Of a stretch of 36,828 nt of DNA, positions 36,820 through 36,828 are shown in pieces; the first letter of the stretch is position 1; every line of letters begins with the position of its first letter. The stretch is from a virus (lineage: Duplodnaviria > Caudoviricetes), in IMG/VR virus record IMGVR_UViG_3300020044_002336, positions 1-36,828 of that record, one strand, 5' to 3'. The translations under genes were made by a program, and so were the position numbers. A model generated the notes under the pieces. The model made no database searches. It saw only the letters and a program-made list of their open reading frames with translations, and was not told the origin of the DNA.

Positions 36820-36828
36820 GTAACCTGG

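Larger units (their letters stand above)
1..36828. mobile_element. Fragment of a podovirus-type dsDNA phage genome (two convergent arms; SIO1/VpV262-like layout)
   Basis: TerL, portal, scaffold, capsid, tail adaptor/nozzle and internal virion proteins, with no tape measure or sheath gene. Dense overlapping genes, no host housekeeping genes, no integrase. Family-level placement is inference. Confidence 0.95.

Overview
The whole window is a fragment of a lytic, podovirus-type dsDNA phage genome with two converging arms. The + arm (1-6079) carries nucleases, an ECF-type sigma factor, class I ribonucleotide reductase (nrdA/nrdB), tRNA-Thr(UGU), a MazG-like pyrophosphatase and small ORFs. The - arm (~32740 to 6069) carries, in transcription order: fibre anchor, receptor-binding protein (RBP) plus chaperone, lysis genes, TerS/HNH/TerL, portal, scaffold, major capsid, tail adaptor/nozzle, internal virion proteins and a lytic transglycosylase. 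This layout resembles SIO1/VpV262-like podoviruses (inference, not searched). Two things stand out. (1) At ~32730 the strand flips mid-gene, and two more paralogous RBP+chaperone cassettes follow in inverted orientation. One cassette is headless, and the cassettes share exact 35-68 bp identity blocks. This is either a recombination-based RBP-switching locus or a chimeric junction. (2) The 1987-aa internal virion protein carries an ADP-ribosyltransferase-like and a zincin metallopeptidase-like module. No integrase, recombinase, reverse transcriptase or CRISPR array was seen. All calls come from reading motifs by eye; no database searches were run.
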